64,000 nt of DNA from Candidatus Altimarinota bacterium (GTDB lineage Bacteria; Patescibacteriota; Gracilibacteria; UBA1369): positions 476,482-540,481 of the forward strand of contig OY782391.1 of the NCBI GenBank assembly GCA_963677745.1, given 5' to 3'. A model generated the notes under the pieces. The model made no database searches. It was given only the letters and a program-made list of their open reading frames with translations, and had not been told where the DNA came from. Below are positions 53,819 through 62,913 of the stretch, piece by piece; the stretch's first letter is position 1, and each line of letters opens with the position of its first letter. A program made the translations under genes and the position numbers.

Positions 53819-54751
53819 TTAGCCGGCAGCTCCTTCCGCTTCTTGTGGATTATCAATATCAGCGCGCCCTGCTGCCTGCACAAACTTGCTATTTTTCCAG
53901 GCTTTATGAGCTCTTAAAAATTTCTGCACCTGAGTTATTTGTTCATTTTCCTTTTCACCTTCGGCTGAATATTTCTCAAAAATTGTCACCGGCATGCCCG
54001 TAAACACATCGCTGATGCGATTCCGTACCGATTCCAGATAAATACCGACCGGACGATAGATTTCCGCGTATTCCAGAAGTTTTCCGACCTGGTTGCCCGC
54101 CACGTTGCTGGCCAGCCACTGCAGAGACTCCCTCAATTCCGACTCCAGTTCGGGAGACAACCCTCTCATCACTTTTCCCGGTGGTCTGCTGCTGGCTGTC
54201 CAGGCGTTTAAACCGCTGCGCATATACCCGACTCTTTCAATGGCATTAAAAATTTTTCCCAAGCGGGAATCTCTGTCTTTTACCGTGGAATACACCTGCA
54301 TCAAGGTTTCCCGGGACAATTTTCCACCCAGCATCCGCTTCAGTAAAAATGTCATCATATGGGCTTCCTCTTCATCTTCAACTACGGTTTTCTGATCAAA
54401 TGATTTATCATCAGTAATCGATTCAGCCCAGTCATGGACTTCGGAAGCCAGTACCATGATCTGAGAATCCGTACGGTTCAAAGCTTTTTCGGGATCTTGA
54501 TGTTTCAAAAAAGATCTGGTCAGACCGGCAATCAGAGGCATATGTTTCAGATTGTTCATATCGGCTCCCAAAGGAGCTCCAATCCAGGCTTCCCTGGAAA
54601 TTGAAGCTGGTTTAAAACGAAGCCAGCGCAATTGCCCATCCAGATGCTGACCAAAATGAGACTGGGCAAACTTATCGTGTATTTCAGAAAATTTTATTTC
54701 TCCACCATCAACCGTGTCTATAGAATTTGGCACATGTATCTCTTTCCCCAT
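53819..54751 (-). CDS. Hypothetical protein (weak HD-domain-like signature)
   Basis: 310-aa ORF. A His (NLKHMPL) and an HD dipeptide (EVHDWAE) are spaced as in HD-superfamily hydrolases. I cannot confirm the fold. Confidence 0.4.
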   Translation of the reverse strand: MGKEIHVPNSIDTVDGGEIKFSEIHDKFAQSHFGQHLDGQLRWLRFKPASISREAWIGAPLGADMNNLKHMPLIAGLTRSFLKHQDPEKALNRTDSQIMVLASEVHDWAESITDDKSFDQKTVVEDEEEAHMMTFLLKRMLGGKLSRETLMQVYSTVKDRDSRLGKIFNAIERVGYMRSGLNAWTASSRPPGKVMRGLSPELESELRESLQWLASNVAGNQVGKLLEYAEIYRPVGIYLESVRNRISDVFTGMPVTIFEKYSAEGEKENEQITQVQKFLRAHKAWKNSKFVQAAGRADIDNPQEAEGAAG

Positions 54752-54856
54752 ATATGTATGTTAAATATAGGCAGAATCCAGCGCCTCAATCTTAGCACAA
54801 AGTTAGAGTTTTGCAACAATTTGTGGATATATCAAGGGCGTGGCCGAAAACTGCCT

Positions 54857-56023
54857 CTATTTGGCGTCTACAGGCTTTATGTCCGCACCTACGGCCTCCG
54901 AAATATTCTTGAATCCGTCGCGCTGTAAGAGCTCCTCCAGCCCCAGATTAATCTGGCTGATGGCGGACGGCCCGATAAAAATCATACCTGTAATCAGCTG
55001 CACCAGATTGGCACCCAGTCTGATTTTGGCATAGGCATCTTCTGCATTGAAGACACCGCCGACACCTATTATCACTTTTTTACCTCCGGTTTTCTTATAA
55101 ATATGGGTAATCAGATCATCCGACAGATGTTTGACCACTTTCCCGCTGATACCACCCTTTTCCGGCACTTCTTTGTCGACAATTTTGTGATTTCCCCTCT
55201 TCTTGGTCAAATTGGTACAGACAAAACCGTCCACTTTGTGACGTCCACAAACCTCCAGTAACTCATCAATTTCCTTTTTGCTTAAATCGGGTGAGAATTT
55301 CAAAAACACCGGTTTTCCCTGGACATGCAAATGATCCAGATCGCTTAAAAGCAGTTCCAGACTTTCCTTATCCGTGAAAGGTTCACCGCCGAAAGCATTG
55401 GGACAACTGATATTCACAGTAATATAATCAGCGGATTCACGCATCAGTTCATAGGCTTTATGATAGTCGGCAATTCCCGCTTTTCTGTCCACGGTACAAC
55501 TGGAATTGGTCTTGGCCACGCTGACTCCATAAACAAAATGTTTGCCGGTTTTGGTCCGGTGGGCCTTGGCCTTCATTTTTTTCAGATGTTTGGAAAGCAC
55601 CTCCGCCCCCTCGTTTTTTAATCCGTAATAAACCACCAGCGACTCGGATCTCTTGAGTCTCCATAAACGCGGCTTGGGATTCCCTTCACATGGTTCTCCG
55701 GTCACTGATCCGAATTCGGCAAAACCGAATCCCAGGTTGGAAAGCACCAGTGGAAGTTCAATATTCTTATCAAAACCGGCTGCCAGACCGACGGGACTGA
55801 CAAAATCCAATCCGGCCACTTTTTGCCGCAACATGGGACTGTGCGAATAAAACATCACCCGCATCAACCACCTTCCCGCTGCAGTTATCCCAAGGATTTT
55901 ACCGGTCTTGACCATCCGGTCGTGAATTTTTTCGGGATCCATCAGAAAAAACACCGGCTTCAGTACGTGTTTGTAACTAAAAGAGATAAAAGCATCACGT
56001 GCCCGACAAATAATTTTTAACAT
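54857..56023 (-). CDS. pyrD: Dihydroorotate dehydrogenase, class-2-like architecture
   Basis: 388 aa. It has an N-terminal extension (FFLMDPEKIHD, compare E. coli LFQLDPERAHE), then PVGLAAGFDKN, GFGFAEFGSVT..P..GNPKPRLWRL, and the active-site stretch YITVNISCPN. Confidence 0.85.
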   Translation of the reverse strand: MLKIICRARDAFISFSYKHVLKPVFFLMDPEKIHDRMVKTGKILGITAAGRWLMRVMFYSHSPMLRQKVAGLDFVSPVGLAAGFDKNIELPLVLSNLGFGFAEFGSVTGEPCEGNPKPRLWRLKRSESLVVYYGLKNEGAEVLSKHLKKMKAKAHRTKTGKHFVYGVSVAKTNSSCTVDRKAGIADYHKAYELMRESADYITVNISCPNAFGGEPFTDKESLELLLSDLDHLHVQGKPVFLKFSPDLSKKEIDELLEVCGRHKVDGFVCTNLTKKRGNHKIVDKEVPEKGGISGKVVKHLSDDLITHIYKKTGGKKVIIGVGGVFNAEDAYAKIRLGANLVQLITGMIFIGPSAISQINLGLEELLQRDGFKNISEAVGADIKPVDAK

Positions 56024-56047
56024 AACCGCAAATAATTATTTTATAAA

Positions 56048-57319
56048 TCAGGAATTTAAAAGTTTCTCAAAACGGCTCTGGTCGTCATAGGGACCAATCA
56101 CAGCCATTCTCAGCTTGTCACGGACCAACAGGTTTTCGGCTACGGCATTCACCTGCCCTATCTTCACCGCTTCAATTTTTGACAAAACCTCACCGGCACC
56201 CATCAGTTTATCCTGGAGCAATTCATATTTTCCAATCAGATGCGAATACTCTTCCGAATCCTCCAGTCGTAAAATGATTTTTCCTTTCAGATAGGATTTG
56301 GCTTTCTCCAGTTCGGCCGCCGTAACACCGTCTTTCCTGGCCGTTTCATACTGCTCGATAATGGAAACTATCGCCCGGTCAATTTTTTCCACGGAAACCC
56401 CCGCGTTGGTGGAAAATGTACCGGTATCATGGTACTCATCGGTAGTTGTACTGATGTAATAGGCCAAGCCCTGTGCTTCGCGAATATTCAGAAACATTCT
56501 GGAACTCATATTGCCTCCCAAAATTATCGCCAGCAATCTGGCTGCATAGTGCTCGTCCGATCCGTCGGCATATCCCGGGAACCCCATAACCAGATGGGCC
56601 TGCTCCGTCTTTTTATTCCTCAGCAAGAGCCTTTTACCGCCCTGCTGCTCGATGAACCGGTCAAATTTGAGGGATTTTTCCAGCCGATTCTTGGGAAATG
56701 CAAACAACTTCTCAATTTTCTGGGACAATGTTTTCTGATCAAAACTGCCTGCCACAGCAATCACCGTATTATCAGGCGTATAAAGATTGCCCAGATAGTC
56801 GAAAAACTGCTGCTGCGTGACCGAGTTGATCAGCTCTTTGGTTCCCACCTGATCCCAGCCCAGGGGCTGGTCTCCAAACACCAGTTTTTCAAAATCCCAG
56901 CCGATCTGATACATCGGAGTATCCTGATACATATTATATTCTTCCATGATCACTCCTCTTTCCTTATCTATTTCAACAGGATCAAACCGTGAACTGATCA
57001 GCATGTCGGCCAGCACTTCCAGGGCCGTATCAATCTTTTCGGCCGCCACCTTCACATAATACCCTGCATATTCCTTGCCGGTAAAAGCATTAAAATCTCC
57101 TCCCACCGAATCAATCGCACCGGAAACCTCCTTGGTATTGCGAAATTTCTTGGCCCCCTTGAAAAACATGTGCTCCAGAAAATGGGAAATACCGTTGGTG
57201 GCTTTCGTCTCATAACGCGAACCGGCGCCCACCAACACCAAAACCGTCACCGAACCGGTATTGGGTAAAGCCTTGGTGACCAAGCGCAAACCACTTCCAA
57301 AATTTGTCTTCTTGACCAT
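56048..57319 (-). CDS. M16-family (pitrilysin/insulinase-like) zinc peptidase
   Basis: It carries the inverted zinc motif HFLEHMFFKG and has the two-domain length of about 423 aa from the ATG at 57319. The track ORF extends to 57364. Confidence 0.85.
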   Translation of the reverse strand: MVKKTNFGSGLRLVTKALPNTGSVTVLVLVGAGSRYETKATNGISHFLEHMFFKGAKKFRNTKEVSGAIDSVGGDFNAFTGKEYAGYYVKVAAEKIDTALEVLADMLISSRFDPVEIDKERGVIMEEYNMYQDTPMYQIGWDFEKLVFGDQPLGWDQVGTKELINSVTQQQFFDYLGNLYTPDNTVIAVAGSFDQKTLSQKIEKLFAFPKNRLEKSLKFDRFIEQQGGKRLLLRNKKTEQAHLVMGFPGYADGSDEHYAARLLAIILGGNMSSRMFLNIREAQGLAYYISTTTDEYHDTGTFSTNAGVSVEKIDRAIVSIIEQYETARKDGVTAAELEKAKSYLKGKIILRLEDSEEYSHLIGKYELLQDKLMGAGEVLSKIEAVKIGQVNAVAENLLVRDKLRMAVIGPYDDQSRFEKLLNS

Positions 57320-57422
57320 AATTTTTATACTTCTATAGTACTTAAGCCGGACATTGTGTTGCAATGCCGGAAACGCTAAAATAATATCTCATAATCCACT
57401 TTACTCCAAGGTCAAACTAGCA

Positions 57423-59684
57423 ATGCCTCATCAAAATAAAAGATCGGCACTCAGTCATTTCTTCAGGAAAATCAACCCTGACCGCAACCTGGTCTTCCTG
57501 ATCATCGTGGCTTTTATAATCTTAATCATTTTGGCCAGGCTGTTTTATCTGCAGGTGATCACCCATTCCTATTATGCCGGTATCGCCGCCCGGGAACATT
57601 ATGGATACAGTGAATTGCCCGCCCACCGGGGGGAAATCTATATCAAGGACTATGCTTCCGGGGAAAACGTGCGGGTAGCCACCAATTCCACGCTGGACCT
57701 GCTGTTTGCCGACCCCTCGCTGATCAAAAACAAGAAACTGGTGGCCGACCGGATAGTTCCCCTGATCTACAATCTGGATGAAAACCGCAAAATCGACGAA
57801 GAAAGGGTCAAAACAGGAATCCTCAGAGCAAAAACAGCCGAGGAACTGGAAGCAGTCAAACCCAACAGCGACGACGAGCTTTATCAGAATTTTTACAATG
57901 ACTTTCTGGAAAAGATCAGCTCGGACGTCAGACCTGTAATAATCCTCAGCAACGAAATTTCGGCGGCTCAGGGGGAAGCCATCACCAAACTTGCCCAACC
58001 GGGCATCGAAGTTACTGCCGACTTCCAACTGAAAGCCTATCCGCCCAGTATTACCAACATCAAGGCGGTCGCCCAACAACTCGGAGAAATTCTGGAAACC
58101 GCTCCCCTGCAACTGGAAAGTTTATTGAGGGGCCGCAATCGTTACGTGGTACTCAAGAAAAAACTGGCGCCGGAAATTTCGGCAAAAATAAAGGAAATCA
58201 TCAGTCAGGACGAATCACAGAATTTTACCGGTCTGGGCCTGAAAGAAGAATACTACCGTTACTATCCCGAAGGAAATCTGGTGGCCAACGTTCTGGGATT
58301 TGTCACCCCCGAAGGCGAGGGCAGTTATGGTATTGAAACCAAATTCAACACGGAATTGAAAGGCGTAAAAGGCGTTTTTCAGACTCAAAAAGATTCAGTG
58401 GGAAGATTGATTACCGTCGGCGACACGCTGATTCAGCCCGCCGAAGACGGTAAAAACATCGTCCTCACCATCGACCGGGCGGTACAAATGGCCGTAGAAG
58501 CAAAATTAAAAAGAGCCGTGCAGGACTACCGGGCTGATTCGGGACAGGTGGTGGTAATGGATCCAAAAACCGGCAGAATTCTGGCCCTGGCTCATTATCC
58601 CAGCTTTGACCCCAACGATTACGGCACCGTTTACGACCGTGAAGAAATTAAACTGACCGAACAGCAGATTAAAGACCTGGTACCGGTCAAAGATCAGGAT
58701 AATGTTTTCTGGCTTTACCGTAATGTGGCCGCCCAGGACCGCCTGATGATTTTCAAAAAAGAACTGGCTGACGGCACCGTGGTTTACGAACACTATAAAA
58801 ACAATATCGGCCCCGAGGCCTACCAGAACAAAGTGGTCAGCGAACCTTATGAGCCGGGTTCGGTATTCAAAATCATTACCATGGCCTCCGCCATTGATGA
58901 CAACGATGTCTCACCTTCCACCACCATCAACGACAGCGGAAGCCTCAAAGTCGACGAATATGAAATCAAAAACGTCTCCGCCAAATGTACCGGACGAATC
59001 AATATGGCCAAATCGTTTGCCAACTCCTGTAACACGGGCATGGGTTGGGTAGCCCAGAAAATGGGGCGTAATCTTTTCTACAATTATATGAAACGCTTCG
59101 GGTTCGGAGAAAGAACCGAAATCGAGTTCGACAACGAAAATACCGGTAAAATACCTCACTACAGTCAGTGGGCCGATTCCGAATTGGTCACCCACGGTTT
59201 TGGACAGGGTCTGACCGCCACCCCCATCCAGATGATCTCAGCCATTTCCGCCATTGCCAACGGCGGAGTCATGATGCAGCCTTTTATCATAGACAGCATC
59301 GAAAAATCCCCCAGCCAATGGGTAACCACCGAACCGCAGATTCTGGGACAGGTAATTTCGGCAGAAACCGCCAAAACCATGACCGGCTTTATGGTGGGGG
59401 CTGTGGAAGACGGCGTCTCCAGCAATAACCGCATGGACAAATATTACGTTGCCGCCAAAACCGGAACCTCCCAAACCTATAAAAACGGTAAACCTCTCTC
59501 CGGAGCAGGTACCACCATTGCCACTGTTGGCGGTTTCGGACCGATCGACAATCCCCGCTTCGTCATTCTGGCTAAACTGGACCGACCAAGAAGCAGTGAA
59601 TGGGCCGATAACACCACCAGTAATCTCTTCAAAGGAGTGGCGGAATTTTTATTTGAATACTATTCTCTCCCCCCCGACAAATAA
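57423..59684 (+). CDS. Class B penicillin-binding protein (PBP2/FtsI-type transpeptidase)
   Basis: An N-terminal TM anchor is followed by LFYLQV. The transpeptidase motifs are SVFK (SxxK), SCN (SxN) and KTGTS (KTG). The track ORF starts at 57354. Confidence 0.88.
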   Translation: MPHQNKRSALSHFFRKINPDRNLVFLIIVAFIILIILARLFYLQVITHSYYAGIAAREHYGYSELPAHRGEIYIKDYASGENVRVATNSTLDLLFADPSLIKNKKLVADRIVPLIYNLDENRKIDEERVKTGILRAKTAEELEAVKPNSDDELYQNFYNDFLEKISSDVRPVIILSNEISAAQGEAITKLAQPGIEVTADFQLKAYPPSITNIKAVAQQLGEILETAPLQLESLLRGRNRYVVLKKKLAPEISAKIKEIISQDESQNFTGLGLKEEYYRYYPEGNLVANVLGFVTPEGEGSYGIETKFNTELKGVKGVFQTQKDSVGRLITVGDTLIQPAEDGKNIVLTIDRAVQMAVEAKLKRAVQDYRADSGQVVVMDPKTGRILALAHYPSFDPNDYGTVYDREEIKLTEQQIKDLVPVKDQDNVFWLYRNVAAQDRLMIFKKELADGTVVYEHYKNNIGPEAYQNKVVSEPYEPGSVFKIITMASAIDDNDVSPSTTINDSGSLKVDEYEIKNVSAKCTGRINMAKSFANSCNTGMGWVAQKMGRNLFYNYMKRFGFGERTEIEFDNENTGKIPHYSQWADSELVTHGFGQGLTATPIQMISAISAIANGGVMMQPFIIDSIEKSPSQWVTTEPQILGQVISAETAKTMTGFMVGAVEDGVSSNNRMDKYYVAAKTGTSQTYKNGKPLSGAGTTIATVGGFGPIDNPRFVILAKLDRPRSSEWADNTTSNLFKGVAEFLFEYYSLPPDK

Positions 59685-59687
59685 AAA

Positions 59688-60920
59688 TCATTCATAACGC
59701 AGTGCCTCGATCGGATCCAGTCGGGCCGCTTTTCTGGCCGGATAAAGACCAAAAACGATCCCTGTCACTACAGCCACGGCCACAGAAATCAGTACTGCCT
59801 CAACGTTAACGGAAAATTTCCACATACTCTGGAAGCGAATGATAATCAGCGACAACAAATAGGATGTCCCTATTCCAAAAAACACACCCAGTAAACCTCC
59901 CGCCACGGTCAGAGTGACCGACTCAATCAGAAACTGTAACATTATATCCAGACGCGTCGCACCAACCGCCTTGCGCAGACCTATTTCACGGGTGCGCTGA
60001 TTAACGGAGACATACATTATGTTCATTATGCCGATACCTCCTACAATCAATGAAATAGATGCTATTAAAACAATAAATATGGTCAGGACACTGGAGACGG
60101 TAGTAAAGATGCCAACAGCCTGTGCCTGACTCATAATCGTAAAATCATCTTTGGACAAATCATCCTCCGGATTGTCAATGTTGTGCAAACGGCGGAGAGT
60201 ATTTCTGGTTTGAATAATTGCATCATCCATATTGCCGCGGGCACCGGCCATAATTGTCTGCACATAATCAACGCCAAAAAGGTAGGTTCGCATGGTAGTA
60301 ACCGGAATAAAAACCATGTCGTCCCAGTTCTCAAAAGCATTACCGCCCTGAGGCTCCAGTATACCGATAACCCGGAAGGAAAGACCTTTTATTTTCACCT
60401 CCTGATTCAATGGATCCTGATCTCCAAACAGACGGTCGGAAATATTATATCCCAACACAATTACCCTGCTGGCCGCATCAACGTCAAAATCTTCAATAAA
60501 ACGTCCCCTCTGGGGAAAGAAATTCATCAGATTTGTGTATCCCTTGCTGGTTCCATGGACCTGCGCTTTTTCATTCTCCTGTTCGTGCACCAGCACGGCG
60601 TCATAAACCAGAAACGGAGTCACATCATTCAGAAAATCGACATCGCGCAGACCGAGATAATCACGATATTTAAGCCGGTCCATCGCAGTAATTACCCCCG
60701 TCAGCCCCTCGTCGGGAGAACCGGGCATAATATAGATCAGATCCGATCCCAGACTTGTCACAGAACCCAAGATCAGAGACTCGGCTCCCCTGCCCAGCGA
60801 AGTCATCAGTACCACGGCCCCCACGCCGATAATAATCCCCAACATGGTTAAAAAAGACCGGCCACGATTTTCCTTAATCGCCATCCAGGAAACCCCGAAA
60901 TATTTGAGCAGTCTTTTCAT
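59688..60920 (-). CDS. ABC transporter permease, MacB/LolC-E (FtsX) type, paralogue 2
   Basis: It has an N-terminal TM segment (..NRGRSFLTMLGIIIGV), a large extracytoplasmic domain, and a C-terminal FtsX-type bundle (REIGLRKAVGA.R.DI..QFLIES). The ATG at 60920 overlaps the upstream stop as TAATG; an alternative ATG lies at 60938. Confidence 0.85.
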   Translation of the reverse strand: MKRLLKYFGVSWMAIKENRGRSFLTMLGIIIGVGAVVLMTSLGRGAESLILGSVTSLGSDLIYIMPGSPDEGLTGVITAMDRLKYRDYLGLRDVDFLNDVTPFLVYDAVLVHEQENEKAQVHGTSKGYTNLMNFFPQRGRFIEDFDVDAASRVIVLGYNISDRLFGDQDPLNQEVKIKGLSFRVIGILEPQGGNAFENWDDMVFIPVTTMRTYLFGVDYVQTIMAGARGNMDDAIIQTRNTLRRLHNIDNPEDDLSKDDFTIMSQAQAVGIFTTVSSVLTIFIVLIASISLIVGGIGIMNIMYVSVNQRTREIGLRKAVGATRLDIMLQFLIESVTLTVAGGLLGVFFGIGTSYLLSLIIIRFQSMWKFSVNVEAVLISVAVAVVTGIVFGLYPARKAARLDPIEALRYE

Positions 60921-62152
60921 TATTCGGATCTTAAACATTCAATCGGATCAAGTTTGGACGCGCTTCTGGCCGGATAAATTCCAAACAATATACCCAGCAG
61001 CACGGAAACACCAAAAGCCAGCGCCACGGAATCCCAGGTAACAATAAAACGCCAGTTCTCCTGATACCGCACTAAAACAGCTGCAATCAGACGCGAAGAC
61101 ATAATCCCGCCGGCCACACCCAATGCCCCGGCTATCAAAGTTAACATGGCCGACTCAATCAGAAATTGCAGCAATATATCCGAATTGCTGGCTCCCACCG
61201 CTTTGCGCAGACCAATTTCCCTTGTTCTTTCGGACACGGCAGCCAACATAATGTTCATAATGCCTATTCCGCCAACCAGCAAAGAAATTGCGGCAATGGC
61301 AACGAGAGAAATTGTTAGCACGTCGGAAATTTGTTTGAAAGCGTCAACCGCGTCAACCTGACTGACCACGCGAAAATCATCCTGATCAGGATCATTTTCG
61401 GGATTGTAAATAGCATGGCGTTTACGAATAAAACTCCTCAAATCCGCCATGACCTCCGAGAGATCTCCCTTGGCATTGGCCATAATGGTCATCAAATAAT
61501 CCACGCCGTACAACTCGTTTTTCATGGTAGAAACAGGAATCAGACTACGCTCATCAAAATCCTGAAAAAAACGAGTCCCCTGTTCTTCCATCACACCTAT
61601 TACCTGAAAATGCTTGCCATTAATTTTGACGTTTTTGGCAATGGGATCCCTGTCTCCAAAAAGCTGATCGGCATTTTTCGAACCCAGAACTATCACGCGT
61701 GAAGAATTGGCCAGGTCTTCCACACTGATAAACCTTCCCTGCTGCACACCCGTATTGATTGACTTCAAATAACTTTCGTTCGTTCCAATCAAACGAACCT
61801 TCTTATTCTCGCTGCCAAAATTAATTACGGTAGGATACATCAAAAGCGGTGTAACATCCTCCAGATAATCCAAATTTCTCATCGCCAGATAATCCTTGTA
61901 TTTAACCTTATCTATTGCAGTAAACGATGGCGGGCCGTTCTGTGACCCTCCGCCCGGCTGGATAAAGATGCTTCTGTTGCCAAAGCTCTGAACGGAATCC
62001 AGAATCAGCGCTTCAGCCCCCTTCCCCACGGAAACCATCAGGATAACTGAACCAATGCCGATAATAATTCCCAACATCGTCAAAAAAGACCTGGATTTGT
62101 TTTCCGTTAACGATGCCAGGGCAAGCCGGATAAATTTAATTATTCTCTGCAT
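60920..62152 (-). CDS. ABC transporter permease, MacB/LolC-E (FtsX) type, paralogue 1
   Basis: 410 aa with the same architecture as its neighbour (ENKSRSFLTMLGIIIGI ... REIGLRKAVGASNSDILLQFLIES). Confidence 0.85.
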   Translation of the reverse strand: MQRIIKFIRLALASLTENKSRSFLTMLGIIIGIGSVILMVSVGKGAEALILDSVQSFGNRSIFIQPGGGSQNGPPSFTAIDKVKYKDYLAMRNLDYLEDVTPLLMYPTVINFGSENKKVRLIGTNESYLKSINTGVQQGRFISVEDLANSSRVIVLGSKNADQLFGDRDPIAKNVKINGKHFQVIGVMEEQGTRFFQDFDERSLIPVSTMKNELYGVDYLMTIMANAKGDLSEVMADLRSFIRKRHAIYNPENDPDQDDFRVVSQVDAVDAFKQISDVLTISLVAIAAISLLVGGIGIMNIMLAAVSERTREIGLRKAVGASNSDILLQFLIESAMLTLIAGALGVAGGIMSSRLIAAVLVRYQENWRFIVTWDSVALAFGVSVLLGILFGIYPARSASKLDPIECLRSE

Positions 62153-62166
62153 GAGCGGACCAGCTG

Positions 62167-62913
62167 TTATTTTTGATAATGTCCGTTTACCCCCAGACGA
62201 TTAGTCACAAACTCGTGTTTTTCAATCAAACCGTCACGTATATGTACAATCTTCTCGGCATTCTGGGCAGTCACACTTTCATGCGTCACCAGGATGATCG
62301 TGTGACCTTCTTTATTCAGTTTTTGGAAAATATCCATCACCTGCTTGCCGGAAACGGAATCCAGATTGCCGGTCGGCTCATCGGCAAAAATAACCGAAGG
62401 TGAATTAACCAGTGCGCGCGCAATGGCAGCCCGCTGTTTTTCCCCGCCGGAGAGATTTACGGGTAAATAATTCATGCGGTGTTCCAACCCCACCGACTCA
62501 ATGGCCCGCATCGCTTTTTCACGGTGATGGTCGGGACCGCGGGAATAAATCAGAGGCAGCATCACGTTTTCCAGGACAGTGGCATGCGGCAAAAGAAAAA
62601 AAGCCTGAAACACAAAACCGATTCTCTCCCGTCTGACCATCGCCAGATCGTCCTCGCTCAGACTGCTGACATCAATTTTTTCAAAAAAATACTGCCCCTC
62701 CGTTGGTTTGTCCAGAAAGCCCAGGATATGCATAAGAGTGGATTTCCCGGAACCGGAAGGCCCCATGATCGCCAAAAACTCTCCTGGATGTATTTCCAGA
62801 TCTATACCGTGTAAGACAGGAGTGGGCGACCCTTCGGAGTAATAAGTCTTCTTCAGTCCCTGCACCGCGATAATATGATGCGACGGGCCAAATTTGCCTT
62901 TATTAGCGTCCAT
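62167..62913 (-). CDS. ABC transporter ATP-binding protein (MacB/LolD-type)
   Basis: 248 aa. Contains [10 protein letters not shown] (Walker A), [15 protein letters not shown] (signature) and [11 protein letters not shown] (Walker B). Confidence 0.9.
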   Translation of the reverse strand: MDANKGKFGPSHHIIAVQGLKKTYYSEGSPTPVLHGIDLEIHPGEFLAIMGPSGSGKSTLMHILGFLDKPTEGQYFFEKIDVSSLSEDDLAMVRRERIGFVFQAFFLLPHATVLENVMLPLIYSRGPDHHREKAMRAIESVGLEHRMNYLPVNLSGGEKQRAAIARALVNSPSVIFADEPTGNLDSVSGKQVMDIFQKLNKEGHTIILVTHESVTAQNAEKIVHIRDGLIEKHEFVTNRLGVNGHYQK

